Shown: positions 23,301 through 33,950 of the stretch, in pieces
Numbering within the stretch: the stretch's first letter is position 1
Layout: every line of letters begins with the position of its first letter
Origin: Macrostomum lignano
Taxonomy: Eukaryota
Assembly (NCBI GenBank): GCA_002269645.1
Contig: NIVC01000087.1
Span: 868,001-932,000 of the forward strand
Reading direction: 5' to 3'
DNA length: 64,000 nucleotides
Made by a program: the position numbers and the translations under genes
The notes under the pieces: generated by a model
The model's database searches: none
What the model was told of the DNA's origin: nothing
The model's input: the letters and a program-made list of their open reading frames with translations, nothing else

Positions 23301-23736
23301 CTGGATGCTGATGAGGCGCAGTACCGGACACTGGATGCTGATGAGGCGCAGTACCGGACGCTGGAGGCTGATGAGGCACTGTAACGGACACAGGATGCTG
23401 ATGAGACTCAGTACCGGACACTGTAGGCTGATGAGGCACTGTTCCGGACACTGGATGCTGATGAGACACAGTACCGGACACTGGAGGCTGATGAGACGCT
23501 GTACCGGACGCTGGAGGCTGATGAGGCGCAGTACCGGACACTGAATGCTGATGAGGCGCAGTACCGGACACTGGATGCTGATGAGGCGCAGTACCGGACA
23601 CTGGAGGCTGATGAGATGAAGTACCGGACACTGGATGCTGATGAGGCGCAGTACCGGACACTGGAGGCTGATGAGACGCAGTGATGATGATGAGATGAGA
23701 TGACGACTTGTTCGGAGGCTGACGAATTGCAGGGGC
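20272..23736 (-). CDS. Pol: repeat spacer, aspartic protease, reverse transcriptase, RNase H
   Basis: Protease LVDSGAS; RT RMCVDYRKLN, FSTMDLHSGFWQV, MPFGLVNSPATF and VYIDDLL; RNase H FILDTDGS, ELLAVV, TDHSSL and NADAMSR. The frame is open from immediately after the gag UGA. Confidence 0.95.
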   Translation of the reverse strand, partial: APAIRQPPNKSSSHLIIITASHQPPVSGTAPHQHPVSGTSSHQPPVSGTAPHQHPVSGTAPHQHSVSGTAPHQPPASGTASHQPPVSGTVSHQHPVSGTVPHQPTVSGTESHQHPVSVTVPHQPPASGTAPHQHPVSGTAPHQHPVSGTAPHQHPVSGTSSHQHPVSGTVPHQHSVSGTAPHQHSVSGTAPHQHPVSGTAPHQPPASGTAPHQHPVSGTAPHQHPVSGTASHQPPVSGTVSHQHPVSGTVPHQPPVSGTAPHQPTVSGTESHQHPVSVTVPHQPPASGTAPHHQLAGFAQSQRPITVNAPQSIQINHASIYVTASIAGRRVNALVDSGASCTIISREAYQSMPKQSVRDLAGAKGYVSLANGSPIEIERTVLLRLSIADKVIDTPALVVSGVKYQLVLGSDFCRDNSCVIDYKTAVFSVQDTAIPFRWQAERPIVCRILATRSSTIPPGHQAVLSARLESKGRRNRGCVGLTENLGANDLAAGRWLAKALVIPNSGSRLPTRLINITEEPVRIRQGCTLGWFCPLESTEPLNTIKLLAVESGDDPQEEPKVQGSNSPSEADLLPNSYGDCGLSTKEDEEFRILVRSYSDVFTTKQTSSKLTTVVEHEINTENARPIKIPPRRLPPHLQPEVDRQVNELLEKGQIEEAQSPWCFPLVCVKKKSGEMRMCVDYRKLNEVTVKDAVPMPRVDDALEAVHGAKIFSTMDLHSGFWQVGVRPQDQDKTAFAVPHRGQFRWKVMPFGLVNSPATFTRLMAAVLDKQMWKTCLVYIDDLLVWSTDVDEHLRRLEEIFSKLRQANLCLKPQKCHFLQKQVKFLGHTLSAAGISTDEEKVQEVKNWPTPRSSTELHSFLGLCGYYRKFIKDFAAIAAPLTRLTTKDAKFEWKTEQQLAFETLKERMTSSEVMAHPDFSPDAGEFILDTDGSSKMGIGAVLSQVQPDGAERVIAYGSKTLNQAERNYCTTRLELLAVVTFIMKFRYYLLGKAFCLRTDHSSLQWLKNFSDAEGQVARWLEKLAPFQYRIVHRPGRSHGNADAMSRKPVRRHFGAETCPACAQHPEGLNAVEFERFSAGNLASEQDQDDDLRTVKEALGSNPVPDKSETAWSPLARAVWTRKDDLVLQENVLLVRNKDRRDEYQWCCHERHWIVS
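22861..23682 (-). repeat. Coding minisatellite, 30-bp unit, ~27 copies, encoding (VSGTAPHQHP)n between Gag NC and protease
   Basis: Exact 30-nt period with no stop in the pol frame. Confidence 0.93.
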
Positions 23737-24657
23737 TCACTTGCCTCCAGCTGGTGGGCCCCTCTTGCCTTTTCCCGGCTTTGGGCACTGGAATGAGAGA
23801 TGGCCTATCTCCCCGCAGTTGTAGCACTTGACACCGCTACGCTGCTTCGAGCTGGACGGAGCCGCCTGCTTGGATTGTTGCTTGTCTTGAAGACCGGGTT
23901 CGGGCGGCTCCTGCTGGCCCTGCTGGATCTGCTCTATCCGTCGGATCTTTTCTTCCATTTCCTTTACTTTTTGACGCAGTTGCCGTAGCTCCTCGTCTTT
24001 GCCGGTGTCACCTGTCGACGTTTCGGTGGCAAAGGCATTCAGCCCAGCCCTGGGTCTGGCTTTGGACTGGGTCGAAGACGCCTTCTGGGCTGCTTCAAGT
24101 TGTCTTACTGTTCGAATGGCATCGGTGAGGTTGGCCGGCTGCTGCAGGTACAGTCTTTCTCGGACAGTGTCGGTTACTCGAACGCCTTTTAGAAATCTGT
24201 CTTTCGCCAGCTCTGTCCTGGTGTCGGCATCCGCGGTGAGGAAGGCATTGCGCACCAACTCCAGCAGCTCGTCCCCGTAGGTCTCCACAGACTCCTTGTC
24301 TAGCTGATCTCGATTCGATAATTCAAAACGGTAGTCCTGGGCTGTTCTGTTCATGGTGAACCGCGCCAGCAGTGCATCCGTGAATTCCCCGTACTCGATG
24401 TCGTCTGCCAAGTCCAGCTTATCAACGGCAGCGTAGGCTGTTGTGAGGTCGAGTAGGCCGATCAGGTGCGGCCGCCTGGCTTCTTCTTCTATACCGACAG
24501 CCTCGCAGTACTCGTTGAAACTCTGCAGCCATAGGCTGAAATTCATCGTTGGTATGTACTTGGGCGGCTTCGAGAGTCGTGGCGCTGCTCGGTCGGCGTT
24601 GGCTCTGAGGCGCGCAGCCAGCGCATCGATCAGTTGGTCCATAGCTTGATCACCCAT
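23737..24657 (-). CDS. Gag (capsid plus one CCHC nucleocapsid knuckle), 306 aa
   Basis: ATG in GCCATGG context at 24657; CYNCGEIGHLSFQC zinc knuckle; ends in TGA at 23737-23739. Confidence 0.93.
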   Translation of the reverse strand: MGDQAMDQLIDALAARLRANADRAAPRLSKPPKYIPTMNFSLWLQSFNEYCEAVGIEEEARRPHLIGLLDLTTAYAAVDKLDLADDIEYGEFTDALLARFTMNRTAQDYRFELSNRDQLDKESVETYGDELLELVRNAFLTADADTRTELAKDRFLKGVRVTDTVRERLYLQQPANLTDAIRTVRQLEAAQKASSTQSKARPRAGLNAFATETSTGDTGKDEELRQLRQKVKEMEEKIRRIEQIQQGQQEPPEPGLQDKQQSKQAAPSSSKQRSGVKCYNCGEIGHLSFQCPKPGKGKRGPPAGGK

Positions 24658-24881
24658 GGCCGAAGTCACTGAATACCGTTGCTACTCTTTACTCTGAGGT
24701 GGTGATAGCTATCAATCTCTGATAACCAATCAGTTGTCTGTCACCGTGATCAATGTCTTTTGCGGTAGGGCAATAGCCGCAGGCGATAAGCAAAAGTCGT
24801 TTTAATAAGAAAAAACGCTCACAATATGACAGCAATTTTCATAGAAAGCAACTGAGCCGACTTTCAATCTTTGGGGACAGG

Positions 24882-24899
24882 GTCCCTGTTCGGGCGCCA
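24882..24899 (-). promoter_or_regulatory. Primer-binding site complementary to the 3' 18 nt of tRNA-Lys(UUU)
   Basis: Minus strand TGGCGCCCGAACAGGGAC, 3 nt inside the 5' LTR end; the same 18-mer as the HIV-1 tRNA-Lys3 PBS. Confidence 0.93.
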
Positions 24900-24902
24900 A
24901 TT

Positions 24903-25738
24903 TGTTGTAACCCGGGTCGGCTTGGGTGCCCAGTCCCGAGTACAATATATATTATATGTGATATAACAGGCGTTGTGACGCTCTGTCTGTACTTTTATGA
25001 ATACGACGAGCAGGCGTGGCGACGCTCTGCGATAATAATTCGATCCCTCTGGTGTTGTGACACTCAGAGTTCACGCTGCGGCTCGAGGTGTGGTGACACT
25101 CTCGAGTGCTTCTATTCTCTATACCGTAGGGCGTACGCAATATATATGGTAAACGGTACCGTACTACAGAAGCTATATGGTCTCCCGGCGTTATGACGCT
25201 CTGGCAAGAATTCGGCCTAGCAAGCTTCCCGAAAAGAAAGGACTCAAACAGCAGGCGGCTTACCAGTGGCCAGATGACTGTTCACCGTTTATTATTCGCA
25301 GGTCTCAAGCGCAGTTTCCGACTTCTTCTTAATTCTCCAAGACTCTTCTCAATTAGGCTATTGTGTTTCTTTTATCGAAGTAGCTAATGTTGCTGTTTCT
25401 TTTATCAGGTCTCGCGCTTGCACTCTCGGAGCACACCAAAACACAAAAAGCACGCAGGTGATGGGCAAGAGCCAGAGTCGCACCATAAATAGCACCCAAA
25501 CCCTGGGGCAGACGGCCCCACCGGCTAAGCTCACCAAAACAAACCACGCCGGCCCAGCCAATCAAAACCCCGCCTAAGGGGGGAGGGGCAGCACCCGCGC
25601 CAAAGCTGGCCCGGCCGCAGCCAACCAGCCCTGAGCACGGGGCAGGGGCACGGCTGGGGAGGGGCACGCGCAAAGCCCGGCCGGCGGCCAAACCCTGCCA
25701 CGCCCGCCCTGCCAACTGACAAGGGCGCATGCACTACA
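24903..25738 (-). repeat. 5' LTR (836 bp)
   Basis: Partner of 15962-16827. Differs by 9 substitutions and 4 indels (34, 2, 1, 1 bp) by hand alignment. Confidence 0.96.
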
Positions 25739-26548
25739 ATTACTTTTATAGGGTGTTTTATAAGTAATTAACATTTTTGGTCAAAAATTAAGTTGCATAG
25801 TCAGGTGAAACTTTGAAGTTGGGCATGTATGTATGCCATGTATTAGGGATATATCTTTCTAAAATCTAGAAATTTTATTTTTTTACAATGACCTTACTTA
25901 AATTTAGAGATTTTTATTGTATGCTTCCTTATTGCCCACTCCAAAATCATTGCTATGCCACTATTTGATGCTTTAAATAGGCCAATGGCATTTCTGAAAG
26001 TCAAAATACAGCATTGTTTTCCTAAACTATATACCATTAGTCAATTGATTCATACATGCGCAACAGTCGGCCGAGTCGGCCGATCCGGCCGACTGATTTG
26101 GCAGCCAACCAAGGAAGTCGCAAAAATGCCCACCCAAAAAAATACCCCGTAGTAGTACTAAGTAGCTGACGAGGCATTTTTGCCTGATAAGACAGTCATA
26201 GTTACTACCGGCGTTTACCCAAAGTTGCGTTAATTTTGCTTTGGGGTTTTTTTACATGTAAGTCGCATTTTTGGCCAAAAACTACGTCGCATTTTTGTTA
26301 AAACTAAGTCGCACGGCCGACCGAATTTTGGACGTTGCATATGTCACTAATCACAGATTTTTATTTCAAAGCCAACACCTTTGATAGATAACACCTTGGA
26401 TGATGCACATTGTGTGGATCATAATGCAATAGAAAGTAAACATCCTAACATATAGTATAGCTCACAGCAGTTAGATGTAAGCCAAGTTAAAGCTATTTGC
26501 ATGGATCTATTGCATTGCCACCCGCAGCTGCAGTGAGCATTCCGTGTC

Positions 26549-29500
26549 ATGGGTAACACGCCAAACAGTGAGGGCCGAGCTCGGAGACTTTCTGCCCAGC
26601 TTGGCAGTGCCGCCGCTGGCGGCGAGGGTGCCTACCAGGCGCCGTACAAGCGAAAGAATGAGCCGTTCAATTTTGGCCCAGAATTTTCAGCTGAAATTCC
26701 CAGCATTGTGAAGGTAAATTTGCATTTTTTATTATTTGTTTTTTTAAGTCATGAGGCCTGAGACTTCAAATGGTTGTAAAGATCTCTTGAGAAGAGAGGA
26801 TCCAGATTCCCGAGTCTGTAGATGATGCTGGATCTCTTGAGAAGAGAGGATCCAGATTCCCGAGTCTGTAGATGATGCTGGATCTCTTGAGCAGAGAAGA
26901 TCCAGATTCCCGAGTCTGTAGATGATGCTGGATCTCTTGAGCAGAGAAGATCCAGATTCACGAGTCTCTAGATGATGCTGGATCTCTTGAGCAGAGAAGA
27001 TCCAGATTCACGAGTCTCTAGATGATGCTGGATCTCTTGAGCAGAGAAGATCCAGATTCACGAGTCTGTAGATGATGCTGGATCTCTTGAGCAGAGCAGA
27101 GAGGATCCAGATTCCCGAGTCTGTAGATGATGCTGGATCTCTTGAGCAGAGAGGATCCAGATTCCCGAGTCTGTAGATGATGCTGGATCTCTTAAGCAGA
27201 GCAGAGAGGATCCAGATTCCCGAGTCTGTAGATGATGCTGGATCTCTTGAGCAGAGAGGATCCAGATTCCCGAGTCTGTAGATGATGCTGGATCTCTTGA
27301 GCAGAGAGGATCCAGATTCCCGAGTCTGTAGATGATGCTGGATCTCTTGAGCAGAGAGGATCCAGATTCCCGAGTCTGTAGATGATGCTGGATCTCTTAA
27401 GCAGAGAGGATCCAGATTCCCGAGTCTGTAGATGATGCTGGATCTCTTAAGCAGAGAGGATCCAGATTCCCGAGTCTGTAGATGATGCTGGATCTCTTGA
27501 GCAGAGAGGATCCAGATTCCCGAGTCTGTAGATGATGCTGGATCTCTTGAGCAGAGAGGATCCAGATTCCCGAGTCTGTAGATGATGCTGGATCTCTTGA
27601 GCAGAGAGGATCCAGATTCACGAGTCTGTAGATGATGCTGGATCTCTTGAGCAGAGCAGAGAGGATCCAGATTCCCGAGTCTGTAGATGATGCTGGATCT
27701 CTTGAGCAGAGAGGATCCAGATTCCCGAGTCTGTAGATGATGCTGGATCTCTTAAGCAGAGCAGAGAGGATCCAGATTCCCGAGTCTGTAGATGATGCTG
27801 GATCTCTTGAGCAGAGAGGATCCAGATTCCCGAGTCTGTAGATGATGCTGGATCTCTTGAGCAGAGAGGATCCAGATTCCCGAGTCTGTAGATGATGCTG
27901 GATCTCTTAAGCAGAGAGGATCCAGATTCCCGAGTCTGTAGATGATGCTGGATCTCTTAAGCAGAGAGGATCCAGATTCCCGAGTCTGTAGATGATGCTG
28001 GATCTCTTAAGCAGAGAGGATCCAGATTCCCGAGTCTGTAGATGATGCTGGATCTCTTGAGCAGAGAGGATCCAGATTCCCGAGTCTGTAGATGATGCTG
28101 GATCTCTTGAGAAGAGAGGATCCAGATTCCCGAGTCTGTAGATGATGCTGGATCTCTTGAGCAGAGAGGATCCAGATTCACGAGTCTGTAGATGATGCTG
28201 GATCTCTTGAGCAGAGAGGATCCAGATTCCCGAGTCTGTAGGTGATGCTGCATCTTTTGAGCAGAGCAGAGAGGATCCAGATTCCCGAGTTTGTAGATGA
28301 TGCTGGATCTCTTGAGCAGAGCAGAGAGGATCCAGATTCCCGAGTTTGTAGATGATGCTGGATCTCTTGAGCAGAGAGGATCCAGATTCCCGAGTCTTTA
28401 GATGATGCTGGATCTCTTGAGCAGAGCAGAGAAGATCCAGATTCCCGAGTCTGTAGATGATGCTGGATCTCTTAAGCAGAGCAGAGAAGATCCAGATTCC
28501 CGAGTCTGTAGATGATGCTGGATCTCTTAAGCAGAGCAGAGAGGATCCAGATTCCCGAGTCTGTAGATGATGCTGGATCTCTTAAGCAGAGAGGATCCAG
28601 ATTCCCGAGTCTGTAGATGATGCTCGATCTGTTGAGCATTGATGATCCAGATTCCCGAGTCTCTAGATGATGCTCGATCTCTTGAGCATAGATGATCCAA
28701 ATCTATGCTGCATCACAAAATCAAAAAGGATCCAGATTCCCGAGTCTAACAAAGAATCTCTCTGAAGTTTTTCGCATAACATATAATGACGCATACAGAG
28801 TTATGCATTGCCTCTGTGTGTTATAGGCCAAAGTTCTAAGAATTTTTTGTATTAATTTGCGCTGTCATGACTAAAAAGTGTGCGAACTACGGTTCTTGGA
28901 ACGGGGTTAGTTATTTTTTTTATAAGCAGTTTTCTTTTTACTCGCTTATTAAATATTCTCACGATTGAATTTCTTGTCTGTACTTGGCTTTAACACTAAC
29001 AGCAGTCTAGCGAGGACGAGGGCTTCAGAATTCGCGCTTCCACGATAACCGAGAGGCCTGGCGATCACGTGACCGCCAATAAGCTGCCCACCGTATTCAA
29101 ATGGGAGGGCGGCACCGCCAAGGAGGTGTACCTTAGCGGCAGTTTCAACAACTGGCAGACTAAGATTCCATTAGTGAAGAGGTTTGCCGCTCTCTTATTT
29201 GTTTTTATTAGTTTTAAGTTTTCTAAGTTGTCTACTGATAGTAGCGAAAAGTTTTTTTATCGTTTTTTAGCCAGGATCATTTCTATACGATTGTGGACCT
29301 GCCGGAAGGAGAGCACCAATATCAGTTTATTGTGGACGGCAAGTGGCAGGTCAACGCTAAGGAGGTGAGAGTCTAGGTTTGTTCGGTATTAGAGTGGCTC
29401 AGGGGGAATCGGTCAGATTAACTGTGGCTCAGAGGGAATCGGTCAGATTAACTGTGGCTCAGAGGGAATCGGTCAGATTAACTGTGGCTCAGAGGGAATC

Positions 29501-32500
29501 GGTCAGATTAACTGTGGCTCAGGGGGAATCGGTCAGATTAACTGTGGCTCAGGGGGAATCGGTCAGATTAACAGTGGCTCAGAGGGAATCCGTCAGATTA
29601 ACTGTGGCTCAGAGGGAATCGGTCAGATTAACTGTGGCTCAGGGGGAATCGGTCAGATTAACTGTGGCTCAGAGGGAATCGGTCAGATTAACAGTGGCTC
29701 AGAGGGAATCGGTCAGATTAACTGTGGCTCAGGGGGAATCGGTCAGATTAACTGTGGCTCAGAGGGAATCGGTCAGATTAACTGTGGCTCAGAGGGAATC
29801 GGTCAGATTAACTGTGGCTCAGGGGGAATCGGTCAGATTAACTGTGGCTCAGGGGGAATCGGTCAGATTAACAGTGGCTCAGAGGGAATCGGTCAGATTA
29901 ACTGTGGCTCAGGGGGAATCGGTCGGATTAACTGTGGCTCAGAGGGAATCGGTCAGATTAACTGTGGCTCAGAGGGAATCGGTCAGATTAACTGTGGCTC
30001 AGGGGGAATCGGTCAGATTAACTGTGGCTCAGAGGGAATCGGTCAATTTAACTGTGGCTCAGGGGGAATCGGTCAGATTAACTGTGGCTCAGAGGGAATC
30101 GGTCAGATTAACTGTGGCTCAGAGGGAATCGGTCAGATTAACTGTGGCTCAGAGGGAATCGGTCAGATTAACAGTGGCTCAGAGGGAATCGGTCAGATTA
30201 ACTGTGGCTCAGAGGGAATCGGTCAGATTAACTGTGGCTCAGAGGGAATCGGTCAGATTAACTGTGGCTCAGGGGGAATCGGTCAGATTAACTGTGGCTC
30301 AGAGGGAATCGGTCAGATTAACTGTGGCTCAGAGGGAATCGGTCAGATTAACAGTGGCTCAGAGGGAATCCGTCAGATTAACTGTGGCTCAGGGGGAATC
30401 GGTCAGATTAACTGTGGCTCAGAGGGAATCGGTCAATTTAACTGTGGCTCAGAGGGAATCGGTCAGATTAACTGTGGCTCAGGGGAATCGGTCAGATTAA
30501 CTGTGGCTCAGAGGGAATCGGTCAGATTAACTGTGGCTCAGAGGGAATCGGTCAGATTAACAGTGGCTCAGAGGGAATCCGTCAGATTAACTGTGGCTCA
30601 GAGGGAATCGGTCAGATTAACTGTGGCTCAGAGGGAATCGGTCAATTTAACTGTGGCTCAGAGGGAATCGGTCAGATTAACTGTGGCTCAGGGGGAATCG
30701 GTCAGATTAACTGTGGCTCAGAGGGAATCGGTCAGATTAACTGTGGCTCAGAGGGAATCGGTCAGATTAACAGTGGCTCAGAGGGAATCCGTCAGATTAA
30801 CTGTGGCTCAGAGGGAATCGGTCAGATTAACAGTGGCTCAGAGGGAATCCGTCAGATTAACTGTGGCTCAGGGGGAATCGGTCAGATTAACTGTGGCTCA
30901 GAGGGAATCGGTCAGATTAACTGTGGCTCAGGGGGAATCGGTCAGATTAACTGTGGCTCAGGGGGAATCGGTCAGATTAACAGTGGCTCAGAGGGAATCC
31001 GTCAGATTAACTGTGGCTCAGGGGGAATCGGTCAGATTAACTGTGGCTCAGAGGGAATCGGTCAGATTAACTGTGGCTCAGGGGGAATCGGTCAGATTAA
31101 CTGTGGCTCAGAGGGAATCGGTCAGATTAACTGTGGCTCAGAGGGAATCGGTCAGATTAACGGTGGCTCAGGGGGAATCGGTCAGATTAACAGTGGCTCA
31201 GAGGGAATCCGTCAGATTAACTGTGGCTCAGAGGGAATCGGTCAGATTAACTGTGGCTCAGAGGGAATCGGTCAGATTAACTGTGGCTCAGGGGGAATCG
31301 GTCAGATTAACTGTGGCTCAGAGGGAATCGGTCAGATTAACAGTGGCTCAGAGGGAATCGGTCAGATTAACGGTGGCTCAGAAGGAATCGGATTAACTGT
31401 GGCTCAGCAGGAATCGGTCGGATTAACTGTGGCTCAGAGGGAATCGGTCGGATTAACAGTGGCTCAGAAGGAATCCGTCAGATTAACTGTGGCTCAGAGG
31501 GAATCGGTCAGATTAACTGTGGCTCAGAGGGAATCGGTCAGATTAACTGTGGCTCAGAGGGAATCGGTCAGATTAACTGTGGCTCAGAGGGAATCGGTCA
31601 GATTAACTGTGGCTCAGAGGGAATCGGTCAGATTAACTGTGGCTCAGGGGGAATCGGTCAGATTAACTGTGGCTCAGAGGGAATCGGTCAGATTAACAGT
31701 GGCTCAGAGGGAATCGGTCAGATTAACTGTGGCTCAGAGGGAATCGGTCAGATTAACGGTGGCTCAGAAGGAATCGGATTAACTGTGGCTCAGCAGGAAT
31801 CGGTCGGATTAACTGTGGCTCAGAGGGAATCGGTCGGATTAACAGTGGCTCAGAAGGAATCCGTCAGATTAACTGTGGCTCAGGGGGAATCGGTCAGATT
31901 AACGGTGGCTCAGAGGGAATCGGTCAGATTAACTGTGGCTCAGGGGGAATCGGTCGGATTAACTGTGGCTCAGAGGGAATCGGTCAGATTAACAGTGGCT
32001 CAGAGGGAATCGGTCAGATTAACTGTGGCTCAGAGGGAATCGGTCAGATTAACGGTGGCTCAGAAGGAATCGGATTAACTGTGGCTCAGCAGGAATCGGT
32101 CGGATTAACTGTGGCTCAGAGGGAATCGGTCGGATTAACAGTGGCTCAGAAGGAATCCGTCAGATTAACTGTGGCTCAGGGGAATCGGTCAGATTAACGG
32201 TGGCTCAGAGGGAATCGGTCAGATTAACTGTGGCTCAGGGGGAATCGGTCGGATTAACTGTGGCTCAGAGGGAATCGGTCAGATTAACAGTGGCTCAGAG
32301 GGAATCGGTCAGATTAACTGTGGCTCAGAGGGAATCGGTCAGATTAACGGTGGCTCAGAAGGAATCGGATTAACTGTGGCTCAGCAGGAATCGGTCGGAT
32401 TAACTGTGGCTCAGAGGGAATCGGTCGGATTAACAGTGGCTCAGAAGGAATCCGTCAGATTAACTGTGGCTCAGGGGGAATCGGTCGGGGAAGGCGGCAA

Positions 32501-32993
32501 GTCCTCTGTATTAAAAGCTGCTTTCAATTACAACATTTCGCATATCGCTAAACTGCAGCCAACAGCTCAAAACAACATGGGCACCTCTAACAACGTTCTC
32601 TAAGTGAAATCGTCCGACTTTGAAGTATTCGAAGCCTTAGCTATGGACATCGCTGAGAGCTCGCAAACCAAGGAGCATACTCAGTCGGAGGTGTCCGAAC
32701 GCCTCCGCAACCGGTCGGGCAGTCCGCCAGGCCGCTACACCAGCCAGGTTCCAACCGGCAGGCAGGCAGGCCCAAATAGAGCTCCGCCGGTGCTGCCGCA
32801 ACAGCTGCTCCAGGTGATTCTTAATCGGCCAACCGACTCCAGGTACGATCCAAATCTACTGCCCGAGCCGGATCACGTGATGCTTAATCACCTGTACGCG
32901 CTGAGCATCAAAGATGGCGTTGTGGTTCTGTCAACTATTCATCGGTATAGGAAGAAGTTCGTCACTACTGTCATGTACAAGCCGTGCGATTAA
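26549..32993 (+). CDS. PRKAB: AMP-activated protein kinase beta subunit, 4 exons, with an in-frame TAA at 32601-32603 (possible pseudogene, nonsense allele or base error)
   Basis: Exons 26549-26713, 29003-29181, 29271-29364, 32559-32993. N-terminal MG myristoylation start; glycogen-binding module PTVFKW...VYLSGSFNNW...LPEGEHQYQFIVDGKW; SDFEVF; C-terminal LLPEPDHVMLNHLYALSIKDGVVVLSTIHRYRKKFVTTVMYKP. Confidence 0.93.
26765..28720. repeat. Intronic minisatellite, 50-bp unit (55-bp variants), AMPK-beta intron 1
   Basis: AGATGATGCTGGATCTCTTGAGCAGAGAGGATCCAGATTCCCGAGTCTGT periodicity. Confidence 0.95.
29390..32490. repeat. Intronic minisatellite, 30-bp unit (GTGGCTCAGAGGGAATCGGTCAGATTAACT), ~100 copies, AMPK-beta intron 3
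   Basis: 30-bp periodicity, with higher-order blocks at the 3' end. Confidence 0.96.
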
Positions 32994-33159
32994 ATTATCA
33001 TTTTTCAGTACTCTAATTTAATGCCTTTGGCAAATGCCTCTTTAGTTTTAGTTTTCCTTTTCGCTTAGTCAGTTCGCCTAGTTACAATTTTAACCGTCAT
33101 CTATTCGATTTTCTTGTTTCTAATGCATTGGGTGTTGATTAAAGGCAAGGAAAGAAGGG

Positions 33160-33950
33160 TGGGTGTTGCTTAGACGGAAGGAATGTGGGTTGGGTTTCGC
33201 TTAGAGGGATGGAATGTGAGGTGGGTGTCGCTTAGAGGAAAGGAATGTGAGGTGGGTGTCGCTTAGAGGGAAGGAATGTGAGGTGGGTTTCGCTTAGAGG
33301 AAAGGAATGTGAGGTGGGTGTCGCTTAGAGGGATGGAATGTGAGGTGGGTGTCGCTTAGAGGAAAGGAATGTGAGGTGGGTGTCGCTTAGAGGGAAGGAA
33401 TGTGAGGTGGGTTTCGCTTAGAAGGAAGGAAAGTGGGGTGGGTGTCGCTTAGAGGGAAGGAAAGTGGGGTGGGTGTCGCTTAGAGGCAAGGAAAATGGGG
33501 TGGGTGTCGCTTAGAGGCAAGGAAAATGGGGTGGGTGTCGCTTAGAGGGAAGGAAAGTGGGGTGGGTGTTGCTTAGACGGAAGGAATGTGGGTTGGGTTT
33601 CGCTTAGAGGGATGGAATGTGAGGTGGGTGTCGCTTAGAGGGAAGGAAAGTGGGGTGGGTGTTGCTTAGACGGAAGGAATGTGGGTTGGGTTTCGCTTAG
33701 AGGGATGGAATGTGAGGTGGGTGTCGCTTAGAGGGAAGGAAAGTGGGGTGGGTGTCGCTTAGAGGCAAGGAAAATGGGGTGGGTGTCGCTTAGAGGCAAG
33801 GAAAATGGGGTGGGTGTTGCTTAGAGGGAAGGAAAGTGGGGTGGGTGTTGCTTAGACGGAAGGAATGTGGGTTGGGTTTCGCTTAGAGGGATGGAATGTG
33901 AGGTGGGTGTCGGTTAGAGGGAAGGAATGTGGGGTTAATGTCGCTTAAAA
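33160..33950. repeat. Minisatellite, ~31-bp G-rich unit (GTGGGTGTCGCTTAGAGGGAAGGAATGTGAG)
   Basis: Tandem periodicity just 3' of the AMPK-beta stop. Confidence 0.92.

Larger units (their letters stand above)
15962..25738 (-). mobile_element. Full-length Ty3/Gypsy (Metaviridae) LTR retrotransposon, 9777 bp, with an extra J-domain ORF
   Basis: Paired LTRs with TG...CA termini, 4-bp TSD ATTA (15958-15961 and 25739-25742), PBS, PPT, gag with CCHC knuckle, and pol in PR-RT-RH-IN order (Gypsy order). Confidence 0.97.

Noticed and set aside
26046-26352. Hairpin CAGTCGGCCG...CGGCCGACTG (26064-26095) and weak terminal inverted similarity
   Set aside because: The inverted ends are too degenerate and there is no TSD; may be an old MITE but cannot be supported.
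29379-32603. Long ORFs (RESVRLTVAQ)n, and similar repeat ORFs at 3466-3729, 4481-5237, 7235-8401, 41557-42041, 43552-44509, 45762-46983 and 58842-59082
   Set aside because: They are translations of minisatellites, mostly within introns defined by conserved flanking exons. Stop-free units give long ORFs by default.
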